NCBI GenBank assembly: GCA_964187785.1
Contig: OZ076409.1
Coordinates: 80,230,001-80,294,000, forward strand
From: Amphiscolops sp. MND2022
Taxonomy: Eukaryota
Reading direction: 5' to 3'
DNA: 64,000 nucleotides
Positions 25,550-38,184 of this stretch are shown here, piece by piece. Each line of letters begins with the position of its first letter. Positions within the stretch are counted from its first letter, which is position 1. Made by a program: the position numbers and the translations under genes. The notes under the pieces are model-generated. The model was not told the origin of the DNA. It was given only the letters and a program-made list of their open reading frames with translations, and searched no databases.

Positions 25550-28037
25550 ACGACAACTCATCAGGCGACAACGCATATCAAATTCAGAAAGCGACAACTC
25601 AGATCAAACGATGTCATATCTAATTGTAATAATTTGTAATTAACTACAATTAGACATTTGGAATTATTTTCCATTTTATGCGCTATACTCAAGAATATTT
25701 CTCTGCAACTCATTTGGATAAGGTGTGATAAGCGAGTGATTATATACAGGACACTGATATTTACCATGAAGTCTTGTTACTCAGTAACAGGCTGTTTCAT
25801 TATTTCTAGAAACTAGTCATCAATTTACTAATATTCTCTAATTATCTAATAATTTATTTAAATTGAATTTTCCCATATAGATTTTGATATTCTGATATGA
25901 GTTTTTATTAATATGAGTTGTCGCCTGACATGAGTTGTCGCTTGATATGAGTTGTCGCCGTACGTCCAGATGTATGGTTGTCAGGAGTGTGTTTTGTGGT
26001 TTGTTCTTGTTGCCGTAATTGATTTGCCAAGTAGGCACATAAAACTTGAATTGACCATTGTTCTGCTTTTAAGATTGTTCTGCTTTAGTCAGAAAACTAT
26101 GATTTGAAATGCGAGTTTGCAAAGTAGCACAGATGTAAAATGTTCATTTGACATTTTCGCAAAAAATGATCTGATTCTCGAACCGAAAGGAAGAAAATCA
26201 AGTCATATTGCCAATTCTTGTTCTAAAAAGTATATTGAACTTATCATTGTCGATCGTGTAATATCCAATGCAAAACAATTTGACTTAGATAATTTGGTTT
26301 CAATTTTCGATTCTTCATAATTTGAATCTAAAGAGGCGACGTATTCCGAATACTTCATAACAGTTGGCCGAGCAATTGAGTTAATTTTTAAGTATTTCGC
26401 GTATACAATTATAATTATACATTTGTGTTAATTGTTGCCAAACTTAAAATGAGTATCAAAATACATTAAATATACTGTATAGTAAAAGACCAAACATAAC
26501 GATGTTTTTTTTTATTTATTGTCAATATATTTAACTAAAACGTATTTTTATATCCTTAGTTGAGATAGATTCGAACCTGATATTTAGGCCGAAAGCGAGC
26601 CAAATGTTTACATGCTAAAACATCATGCTCCTTTTATCAAAGTACCCCCATTCTTGAAAAACACTTTCAAAACCTTTCATACAAGTTTTTGCACTTCATG
26701 GAACCCACATGAAGAGTTGAACCTATCAAAGGAAAGTCCGTTTTTTGAGGAAACAATATTCAAAACTTTCTTTGAAACAAAAACGTTCGCTCCCAAAAGA
26801 ATTTCCAACGAATTTAATTATCGTTTTTTTGTCAGCTCATAACTTGCTACTGTAATAAGACATGCAGTGGAAAACTGACTTTGAGAAAAAATCCATCAAA
26901 GAGTGATTAAACGTTCTTTATTTTCCTTTTCATTCAAAACTCTTCTTTCATTCCACATTATCAGTTTTTGAAGAGAAAAAGAAAACAAACAACTATTGAA
27001 AAACGTTTCAAAGTTTGTTTTCATCTGAACCTTAAAAATATATCTTGTGGCAACTCGGTAAACTGAACACGTGGCTTCAAATTATCTAAGAGCTAAAAAT
27101 GGCTTTCATACTATTGTTTTCCAAAAAAAATGTTCGTGTCTTAGTTTTAGACATCCATAACCCCCGGGCATGAATGTTTCACACTGACTTTCACAGTAAA
27201 TTCGGGACATTAAAACAATCAATTTCCAAGTTTTTATAAGAAAAAAGTAAATTACCTTCGACTAAATACGACGACATATTCGAAACTAGGACTTTGAAAT
27301 GTTGGCCCTAAAATCCTGCTGATATTTCAGTTTTAGACAAAACAAGCCCTAAAAATTCATCATGCATTCATCATTGATATAACAATGACCCGTTGTTTTG
27401 TAAAGAACTTTGGTGCTCCTGTTTTGTCAGAAAAATCGACGACAGATTTTTCTTTTTTTTTCTATAGAATTCAAGTGCATTTAGTTTTGATTGAATTTTT
27501 GCAATTGACAGATCAAAGATATTATTTACAAAGATGAAAGACAGCAGATGCAACTCTATTGCGAACAAACAGCTTTTAGTCGGAGTCATCTATTATAATA
27601 ACTATGCGTCATTTTCTTTCAATCCCCTCATAAGGACCAAAAATAGTTATAGTAAGATTTTGCCCAAAATCTAAAGAGCATCCGAACTGGGCCAAAGAGA
27701 ACAGTCTTTGAATTTTTCAAATCTAACTTGAACTGCCAAGCAACATGAAACCAAAGAATTCATTATGTTTTATACGACAAATGAATTGTTTTCCACAGGA
27801 GTAATTAATACCGTCCCGCTTTTTTTTCAGCATCGAAAGCCAAGAAATGAATTGGTTATAATTGATTTTGTTGAAATAATGGCTCTTGATCAAACTTGTT
27901 TAACAATTTCTCCTTTTCGTCTTTATTGTCGAGAAAAATGGTTCGAAAGTTGCAGTAAAAGTATGAGTATGCAATTTTAAAATTTTCAAAGGCATTTACA
28001 CTAATCAATTCCAAAATTCTAATGTGCAATAATGAGA

Positions 28038-28777
28038 TGTAACGGCAAGCGCTGTGCGTTTGTATCGTGACATTGGAGTGGAGGAACTGGTACCATGGCT
28101 ATGGTCCGGGACAAACCGCCATGACATCAGCTCACTTTGTCCTCCTAAGGGTAGCCGCTCCCGAGGAGGGGGAACCGTCTTAAAGGATGCTCTCCGGGCC
28201 TGTTCCAGTCTGTAACTGCTGAGAATAACGGGCATGATGTTTTTTCTCTTCACAACCACTGTCTAGACAGCCTTTAAAAACAATGCCAAGGATAAACAGT
28301 GTAAATTTCCAATTCCAGGGTGACATGGGAATAAGGTCTAAAATGGGGAATAAGATCTAAACCGCGAAAATTAGCGCTCGAGCTAGCTGAAACCAGTGAA
28401 AATACATGAAAACAGGAACGAATATGGTAAACCACACAGCTACAAGCTGGGGCGCAGGGACTCCAAGCACCAAAAAAGGATAATTAAGCGAAAAGACGCA
28501 TTTTTTCGGTTTTTGCTACATTATGTAGCATAACTCTGAAAATCGGTGAAAACCGGGGTTAGCACCTCAAAAAGAGTCTATTTGAGTTTTCTAAGCGCTC
28601 GGGCTTCTGCACTCCGTGTTCCCGTTCGGTCGTCTCCGCGGGCGGCTTGTTTTGTCTTCTGAACTGCTTTTTGACAGGTACTTTGGTCAAAACATGCTCA
28701 AATTGCCACGTCAGATTTGAACTAATTTTTGGTCGATTTTTTTCTGAAAACTCGTTGTACCACAGGGTTCCGCTACA
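28038..28777 (-). mobile_element. Solo LTR, same family as 7654-8397
   Basis: TGTAACGG...CCGCTACA ends. Reverse-complement similarity to 7654-8397 over the whole length (e.g. TTTGGTCAAAACATGCTCAA). No clean TSD. Confidence 0.7.
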
Positions 28778-30659
28778 GGAGGTTGTGAATGGATACTAAA
28801 TCAATATGAGTTGATCTGCATTTTGGTTTTGTCGTGTTCAGGGCAGAAACTAAAGGAGCTGACTATGCTCCTTTTCTGTCCTCATTGAGCAGTTTTGAAT
28901 TTCGTTATGATGATTGTCATGCTTGTAGAAAAAACTTTCAATCATTTTCCACTCAATTTCTTTAGGTTTTGTCTCATTCAGAGTAGTCTTTATATTGATT
29001 CAAGTGGAGACAATTTTTGAGGTTTTGATTCCTTTTTGAAAAATACTAAATCAAATTAAAATAACATTTTTGCCAATTCTAAAAATCGCTTCCTTCCGAA
29101 TTCCTCCACTGTTCCTTTCCTTTATAGTTTAAATGAAAACCTTTGATAAGAAGTCTGAATTGAAAAAAAATATGTATTGATTCTTGGGTTTTTTTTCAAG
29201 TTAATCCGTGAATGCTTGACAATCTATCATTAAAAGTCTCTTCATGAAGGATTTCACGAAAAGTCTACGTGGGGTCTCTCTTGGTGCTAGTAGTTTTTGC
29301 CTGCTGTTAGCAGTCAGTTCCGTCAGTCGCATGAGATTAAGGTCACTTTTCTCTGTCCAAACCTATTAAAAAAACCAAAAGGTGGATACTTTTGGTAAAT
29401 TGATAAATTTTGGAAAAAAAATTTGCACAATTGGGAAAATGACACTCAAATGTTTCCATCGGAGTCATTTCGTCAAAAATTATTGGGACGAATAGTTAGA
29501 CCGTTTCAGTCAATTTGTGCATTTTTGTAGAACTTTGTGGTCACTCCCGCAGGATTGAAAAAAATTTTCTCATGAAGTCGTTGTTTTTCGTAGCACTTTT
29601 TGAATAGAATTGCAAGACTCATACAGTAAGAACTTTTTTCTCCATTTGTCACAGTAAAGGCCACAATTTTGAAACTTTATTAAGTTTCAGTGGAAGATCT
29701 TCAAACGTGAAATTCGAAAAGCTAGTGATTAGAGCGTTGGCTTAGGAAGCCAAATGTAACACAGTTTCAGCTGAATGACATTTTTGATGTTTTCGAATTG
29801 AACTTTTTTTTTTAAAAAAAAGACGTTTTCAACTCAACTTATATATTATGATAAAATACGGATATAACGTCAAACATTCCGATATTGCGTGTGTTCTGAA
29901 TCAAAGGTAGCTCTTACCAAATGTTTTGTCGCCGCTTTTGATAAAAAATGCAGACAGTAGCTGTTTGTTTTTGGCCACTCGAACAGCCAGACTCAAAAGA
30001 CAACTCTTCAAATTTCTTTTTAACGATGTCCCTCTCCTTGCGGTATGACTAGATTGCTTGCTTTCTAAGCAGGAGATTGTGTGTTGCCATCGTGCGGAAA
30101 AATTAAAAATATCTCGTGCGCAACGTTGAATTAGGCCAGGGAGATTTTTGGGTTTTATTTCGAATTGTGAGACATTTCTCGAAATTTGGTTTAGTTCCTA
30201 GAGAGATCCCCTCCAAATTTCCTGTTGTCTTTAGATAAGAAAAAGGCTTCTGCTTGAAGGGTCATGTCTGAATGTTTTTGGCACTGTGTGACCTTTTTCC
30301 TGAAAAATGCTTTTTTCAATGTAATTTCGCAATTTTTAGTTGCTTGATGTTTTCTTTAGAAAGAGTGTTTTTTGAGGCTGCCAACATTCGGGTTGTTTTG
30401 GCACAATGACATCTATTTCCTCAACAATTGTCTTCGAGCTTATTTGAAAGACTTTTGATCTTTTAGAGCACCAAGCAGGACGACTATTAATCACGGCTTC
30501 ATTCACAACAACTATTCAAATGAGCGCAGCCTTGAGCAACAAGAACACATAGGCAAAACAAATTTCTATTAACTCTTGTTTTTGTTTAACCATAGCTTCT
30601 CAAAAGCCACCTTAGTATTTAAACGGAGTTTAATTGCCAACGACATCGACATTAAGGCT

Positions 30660-31713
30660 TTCAGTAGGCGTTTTTGTTATAAAACGCAGACAATAGTAGT
30701 GATTTTACTTTTTTTATGACCAGATAACTGACATAATTCTATTTTTAAAAAAATTCTATAACTTCATTCGTTCGTTTCGTTTCTATGCCATTTTGCCTAG
30801 ATGACAAGTGTGTGGCTGTGGCCCGGGTGCGTGGATTCGAATCCCCGGAGGATCTTTTCTGATTTTCGCAAAATTGAACGATCGTTTGGTGTCGACACCA
30901 GGGGTGTGAAATATTGTATTTAAATATATTTTTTTCAAAAAAATAAATATATTGTTTGATTCAATTTCAGCAATAAATATAATGTATTTATTGTCCTGAA
31001 ATATTTTAGAAAAACAATAGATTGTGAAATATTTTATTGGGCAGAGAAACATTCATTTACAAGGCAAACATCCCAATGTTGTTTATTTGTATAAAGACAA
31101 CTACACTCTCGAAATTGATAGGAAGCGAAAAGCTTAGTGAATTTCTCTCTTAATAGTCTTTCACTTCTATAGTCCGTTTAAAATGCATATTAAATGAAAT
31201 TTTATTTCTATTTTGCAATATTTTTTGCGCAATATATTGTAGAGCTCTGACAATATTTGCCTTATTTCAATAAATATATTGTACTTTTGCTCCTACTAAA
31301 TAAATATATTAATTGTATTTAATTACACTATATTGCAATACAATATAAATTTTTTCACCTCTGGTCGACACCAAATGGTCCCCTTTTTTAGATGATTTGG
31401 CACTGTGATACTTTTTGAAGCTTTTGTTTGATCAAACGCTACCTCCTTCACTGTTTTCGGTTTTCAACTGGGTAAATGCGTTTTGCGAGGCTAATTTGTC
31501 TCCTCGTTTTTATTCGGCAGTGTGCATTTTTTCCAGCAAAAAAATGTTTTTCATGTTTCCAGTTAGGAAAAAAGCAGATTTCGAGTCTGACAGTGGACCC
31601 AATCAGGAAATTTTTAGGTATCAAGAACATTAAGCTTGAAAAAAAAATATTTCACGCAATAAAAAACCTTTTTGAACCTTGAGCAGTAAGCCAGCTTGGA
31701 CCGTTCCCGGCTG
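30660..31713 (+). mobile_element. Diverged Helentron/DINE-1-like repeat containing a nested MITE
   Basis: The 5' AGTAGGCGTTTTTG..AAAACGCAGAC and 3' GCCAGCTTGGACCGTTCCCGGC resemble the termini of the 43026-43614 copy. Confidence 0.55.
30899..31363. mobile_element. hAT-type MITE (465 bp)
   Basis: TIRs CAGGGGTG / CACCTCTG, and a perfect 8-bp TSD GTCGACAC at 30891-30898 and 31364-31371. Confidence 0.85.
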
Positions 31714-31789
31714 GGTAAAACCTTGTTTCCAATTTCTCAGAGCCCCTAAACCGAAAACCCATTGAAACCCCACCCTCCTGGCGCGCTAA

Positions 31790-31908
31790 TTCGGTCCAAC
31801 TTTTGAGTTTTTCGGGTGCTGTAGAAGAGAATACTTTGACACTTCGAAGTCCTTTTGCTATTTTTAAGCCTTAGATATGGCGCCGACTTGGGCCGGTCCC
31901 GGCTTGTT
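31790..31908 (+). mobile_element. 3' end of the Helentron/DINE-1-like repeat
   Basis: Reverse complement of 43026-43117 (CTTAGATATGGCGCCGACTTGGGCCGGTCCCGGCTTGTT). Confidence 0.75.
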
Positions 31909-34900
31909 TGTTTTTCAATTTTACTGATACGACAGAACATTAGGAACAGAATTGGACTGGTTTTTTCTTTGACAACATATTAGATAGTAAAGGCATCTCT
32001 CGTTGAGCATAAAAACGAATCTATTCCTAATGTACTACCAGTGTCACGTTATCTTTCCCTCCAATGGGCCACGCGGGGGGGGGACGCTTTGAGATTTTTC
32101 ATCCATTCTGTCGCAAATCATCAAAAAAATTGAAGGGTGCCCTTTGGTGATTTTTTTTTAAAAAGTCTCATAATGCCGAAAAAAATGAAAGGGGACCCTT
32201 TAGTCTCTCCCAGTATTGTATGATACGCGGAAAAAAAGGAAAAAAATTTTGGTTCAGTTCCTGGGACAACAGGTACAGATTCAAATTCTGTAGAACTTTC
32301 GGTCGAACTATTTTGGTGACTTCAGGTGTATCGAAAAAAAACACTGACGAAAAGCCATGACTATAGTCGACTCTCTTCTTAAGAAAAGCGCGGTCTAAAA
32401 ATCGAAAAAAAACAAAGGCAAGATAATTTATTTTCCATTTATCCCTTAACTTTCTTAGCTTTCCCAACAAAATTTCTATAAATCATATCTTCATTTGCGA
32501 GTATTACCTTGAAAAAAATTCGGTTATTGAGTGCAATAAGAATTTTAGAGCTAGCTTCGACTGATATTTAGGAGTCTAGATTTCAATCTGATTCGATTCA
32601 TCGTCCGCTTCTAAAGGAAAAAAGTCTCTGTGGTTTTCGTCGTTTGACTTTGTTTCCGTCTACTGAAAATCATTTATCGCCTCCGGTAAGCAGCCTTTGT
32701 GTTGACACGGTAGGCATCAATGCACTAGCTCAAAAAGCGCAAAATATCAGAAAAACTTTTAATGAACCATGCGCAAGCTCAGTACGAAGCCGCCAATTTT
32801 TTTTTCATAGCTTATTATCCTCAAAAAATAAACGCATCACTGTTGAGAATTAAACTGCCATGCATGTTTTGCTGCAGCATTTAATTTACATCAAAAGTCA
32901 CGAAACAAAAATACTGACCTAAATTTTATGACTTATGATTCATGAAGCTAGCCGCTAGATTTTCATTACTTTTTGGTGGATTAGATTTTATAGCGGCAAT
33001 TTGTAAGCAAATTCTAAATGAAGAAAGCAGGCATCAAATAGAGAAAAGATGGCAATTTTACACGCGTTTTAAATTCTAATTTGAGCAATAACCATTAAAG
33101 CGAAATACGCTAATTTTTATTAACGCTTCCAACATATCCAAACTAGTTTGTATGAGAAAAGTCTGTATTTACCACTCAAAATTAATGTACCAAAAGTTTT
33201 ATTTGCGTTTGGTAATGTGATTCCACCAACATTTAGCATTTTCTAGCTCAGGTTTGTTGCTTTTGCGAGTTATACGTTTTTGTTTCTGGTATTGAAGTTT
33301 GTTTGATTTAGACTGGTCGTTAAACTTTCATGGTTTGTGAGTGGTAGTGCTTAAACCTCTTGGCTGTGTCGGCAAACTTGCAAGTAATCAAGGGCTATAA
33401 AACACTTTCAACCGTAATTAATGTCCTTTTTGGGCGTGGTCTGCTTAGACCCCAAATTATAGATAACACGCCAAGTGAGACCAACGTGATCCGAATACTT
33501 GAACATGGTATTGATTCGGGTTCCATAAAACTTTGTCACCCTTTCCCAAAGGGACTAAACAAATACACTGGCATTATTGCGTAAATAGTAGGGGTATGCA
33601 ATCAATAGGATTTGCAAACATGGCTTTTATTATTTTTAACGCATTGATTGATCTGCTCTTGAATGTGTTTTCAAGTTCACCAAGGGCCTTAAGGGGTCTC
33701 TACCAATTTTTGATCCCCAACATCGATAAACAAGTTATAAAGAATTCAATTAACTTTTATGAGTTTTCTACAGAAAGTCTTTGATGAAATGATTCCAAAA
33801 ATTTCTTATAGCTGTTGAATTTGCTGCTATTGTAGTTTTTCAAAAGTTCGCAAGGTATAAAGAAAACGATGGATTGATATGTGACGTAAATTCTGTCATT
33901 TACTAAGGCTGTTGTAAAGCAGCATAAAAAAATTGCTGAAATGCCAAAGAATTCGTTAAAAATGTAACCTTTTTTGAGTTTTTGTGTTATCAGGATAATA
34001 AGTCAAGACACAGGTGTAAAACTTTGGTTCTGATTTAAAAAACGCAAAAAAACGTGTTTTTTAAAGTTTCAGTGTATTTCAGCGTGAAATTTGACTTTTT
34101 CCCTGTGAAATTGGCCCAAAATATCCCTGATGTTAACCAACCTCAGATTGCATCATATTGGAACGTGCGTTTATAGTTCTATTGACGAACTACATGCAAT
34201 TAGTTTTTTAAACCAAACAGCCTTTTTTTCAGTTTCTGCACGTCTTCGATTTTACAGTGACTTGTTTTTGGTGTATGAACAATATCTGAGGCTTATGCCT
34301 TAAATTGGAGAAGCTTGGTATATAAACTTCACTGATCATCGATCAATCAATCGATCATGAAGACTTTGGCATCTTTGATCAAGGTTTCGTAATAGTTGGT
34401 AAATTAAGCTTGTATTTCATTGAGTGCACCATCTAAGAAGATGAAGTTTTATAAAGCTTCCGCATTTTAGGATTGTAATAGGCGATGGTACCTTACATGT
34501 GTATACATAGGCACAAGTTCGGGCAAAAGATTCATTTCTTTATTTCATTCCACAATTTCCTTTGCTTGGTGTGTTGTTTCTCTTGCTTGCATTGTTCGCT
34601 GGCTCGGTCTCTTCTTTACGACCCATTTCTACATTTGTCAAAACAGTGCAGGTCGGCACACATGAAAGAGGCTGATGGTGTTTATGTACAATGTGGGTTA
34701 TTGCCTATAAAAATTGACGAAAAGTAGGTTAGCAAGGAATATAAACTTGGTTTTATTGAGGCTTGGTTTGGCGTCAGCTAGACATAGCGGCTTGGCTCAA
34801 CTAATTTTATAGCCAGTGGCCCTATTTTTACGAGCCTCGGCTGAAGTGTCAGAGAGAGAAGCGGCTTCAAAGAAAGTTGGTAATTGGTTTAAGTTGCAAC

Positions 34901-37900
34901 CGGTGGTACCTGATATAGCGGTCATGTAAAACAACGGCTGCAGCTTTACAGCTGTAGTTATAAGCCGTCGTACTTAGGCTGGAACAATACAGTACCAGTA
35001 AAATACCACTAAAAACAGAGCCCTTACACTCCAGAGTATGCAGCATGTGAATTCAAACCTCCAAGAGTGTAATCGAAGCAATTATGCAATGTTACTTTGA
35101 TTTTCATTTTACGATCGACTTTTATCACTACTTCAAGACGGCTCTCTTTGATTGAGTATTTTGAATTTAGTCATTTATTGGTCTTTTCTGACATCAAACG
35201 CTTTGCCGACCGAGATCACAGATTAAAATATTCTACTTGAATTATTGATATCTTTCTTGTTTCAGACAACAACCACAGCAAACAACCAGCCTGGTATACG
35301 ACGACGACGACCACCACCACTAAGAAACACCATGGCATGCTCTACGTAGAGTGGCGGCGGGAACTAGCTAGGTATCACCGACAGCTCCCTCAACCGACCG
35401 ACCGAACAATTATCCAATCACCTATTAGCCAACGCCTGCTCCGGCGGATCCAGTTGCAACCTACCCCGCAATCCTGCTGGAACCATAATCATACCCAACC
35501 CCCTCCTCTAAAACCAGAGTCTTACCCAGTTCTCAACAAACCGGGTAACATCACCAATTAAACACCCAATCACCAATGTAATACAAATTTACAGCGCTCT
35601 GAACAATTTGGGAACAAAATTTGTGATGAAGTCCTGAAGTACCGAAAAATTGCAAGACAAAGAATCACCTGCATCTGTTTTTGTCAACTTTTGATGTTAT
35701 AATTTTACACCATCTCCAGGAAGTACCGAAGCAGAATTGAATTTATAAAGGAGCAAAAATTTGCCATTGCTTTGCCACACTGATTAAATTTTTGGGCAAA
35801 GTTGAAAAGGTCTGCACAATTTAGATTACTGTGCGTATGCAAGTGTGTATTAACCGATGGCGATCATCAAAAGCACCAAACCTTTCAACTGAATTTACAC
35901 TGTCGCATCATTTTTTCATCTTTTTTGGATTTTTGCAAGTTGCGGCTTTGAAGTAATTTCTTCCACTTTGTCTCAACAGAAAAAACAAGTTCTTTGAAGT
36001 TCCCAGCTCAGCTTTGCTATTATAACGCCAACTTCAATCATTTTCCTTATTATTACCTAGACTTGGAACTTTAACGTCGGCTGTCCAATCAAATTTGAAG
36101 CCGACTCGGCACCAATCAAAATTGATCACATTCGAAACAGCCACGAAACCTTCATCAACCTGCAGCGACAGTTATCAAGTAGCGGCGATCCAAGCGAGTG
36201 ACAGCTTGAATGAACAATCAGTTGATGCTAACAATTTTGCGCAACTTTTCATTCATCCACACCTTGGTAAATTTACGGGCTACCAATGAGTAGACCAAGG
36301 CATTACTGTGCCAGAGGAAATTAAAATCCTGAAGTGGCGCTTGATCCAGACAACGCCAGTGCGTCAGACGCGACCAGAGTGTGGATTCGACAGCCTGTCC
36401 GGTCACTGGACAACTTCACAAAATCAGCCCGGCTGATAAACTGAACGAAAAAAAAGTTATATATAACTTGCTTTATTTTCTTGACTTTTTCCTCTTTTTC
36501 CCGCCATTCACTACATATTTAGGTTGGGAATTAATTTAACCGCGCTGGTGTTGGAAGGAAAGTGAGTTGCTTAACTTCCAGAAAATACAAAGAGGCAGAA
36601 AAAAGACAAAAAACGAGTTGTGTATTTTTGATAGAAGAAAGAAAAAGAAGCATAGAGTAAAAAAGATAGGAAAAGTGTGGTATAGACTGCGGCAGAATAA
36701 AGAAGTGACAACATCAAAGAAGCATCGGCGGCGCGGAGACCAATTCTAACTTGGAGAAGCACTTTTCGTGGTTGGAAAGGAAAGCTTCACAATTGTGGTG
36801 GATAACAACGCAACAACACTTCTTTCCACACACTCCGGAACAGGTTCGGCAAAGTGAGAGGAAAGACTGGCAACGGCCAGTATACTACACTACAATATAT
36901 AGTACAATATACATTATAGTATAGCAGACTTGGACGTCGTTGCGTCGTTTTGAGTTGTAGTGGCGGCAAATCTTTTGGGGCATAAAAGGGAAAATAAAGG
37001 AAGAAAAGAATAGAATAGGCAGAAAAGTGAATTCAAGCAACTGCTGCAGTAGCTTCTACTACCTCCAAAGGTTCTCTCTCTTCTCTATCTGTTCACCGCC
37101 GGATCCGTTCACCGGCTCTACTCTCACTAGCGCCGAGTAAAGAGAGAGAGCGAGAGAGCTAGCTAGCTCTAGTAGCTGTAGCACCGGTCGGCGGCACTTT
37201 GTTCTTTGAACCACGCCAATATTCTTTTGTTAGCGTTAACCACAACAAAACACAAACGCTTTTCATTTCACTTCCCAAATTTCAATTCTCCCTTTCTTAC
37301 TATTCCGCTCTTTTTCTCTCAAATCTAAATCCCCTTCTCACTTGCATTACAGCACCGGTCCTGTATCCAGCAGCACAGCCACCGCCAGTTGCTTCTTTCT
37401 TCCCGCTTTTCCTGCCATATTCCCGCTCTTTCCTCTCTGCTTTCCCGCCACCGCGCCCTGCACGAACACTTTGGGGGAATATAACAACAAATCAAAGAGA
37501 TCCGCCGCCGCCGCGGCATTTAAATGAATTGAGCCAGTGCTAAATTCCAAATTATAGCAGCAGCCACAGCCCGACCGGCATAGCCAGAGCTAGAACCGCA
37601 GCAAAAGTACCATTTTACGACCGACTCAATAACACAGTTGCAGCTTCCCGTTCTAGAGCTGGCACTTTTACTCTGGCACTACGATCCAGATCCAGCTAAC
37701 TGCTTCCACGTTGACATCTGGTTGGCGTACCAGCGAGTGTTACTTGCAGCCTCACGCCTTATTTTGCCTTTACACCGACCCAATTATCCTCTACCTCATT
37801 CTACCGTTGTATGGCTTTGATCCAACGCTGTTGAGCCGCCGCCACACTCACCGGCCGCCTGAGTCGATTTGTAGCCCAGAGAAGCGAAAACAGCCGCATA

Positions 37901-38184
37901 GCTCAGTTAAACCTAAACTTGGTCGGCTTCAAACAAGCGCTCGCTTTCAACTTATCTATGATCCTCCAGCACACAACAGAAACGAGGCTAATCAATTAAA
38001 CCCAAGCAACACTTATCGATTCAAAACAGGGTACCTATTGTTTCTCCTCAACGCCCCCAAATTCATTCTTCTTACTCCAACTCAACCGACAAGAATCTCC
38101 ACAAACTTAGTCTTTCTCTTGTAGTCTTAATTCTTCCATTGCTTCCTCAATAACCTCTGCTTATTCGAACAATTACTATTAAAA

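Larger units (their letters stand above)
21632..25964. mobile_element. MITE-like element with inverted 17-bp subterminal arrays, split by a LINE
   Basis: GCGACAACTCATATCA arrays lie at 21638-21770, resume at 25550-25610, and are inverted at 25910-25958. The 8-bp direct repeat TCCAGATG at 21624-21631 and 25965-25972 is a candidate TSD. Confidence 0.7.
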
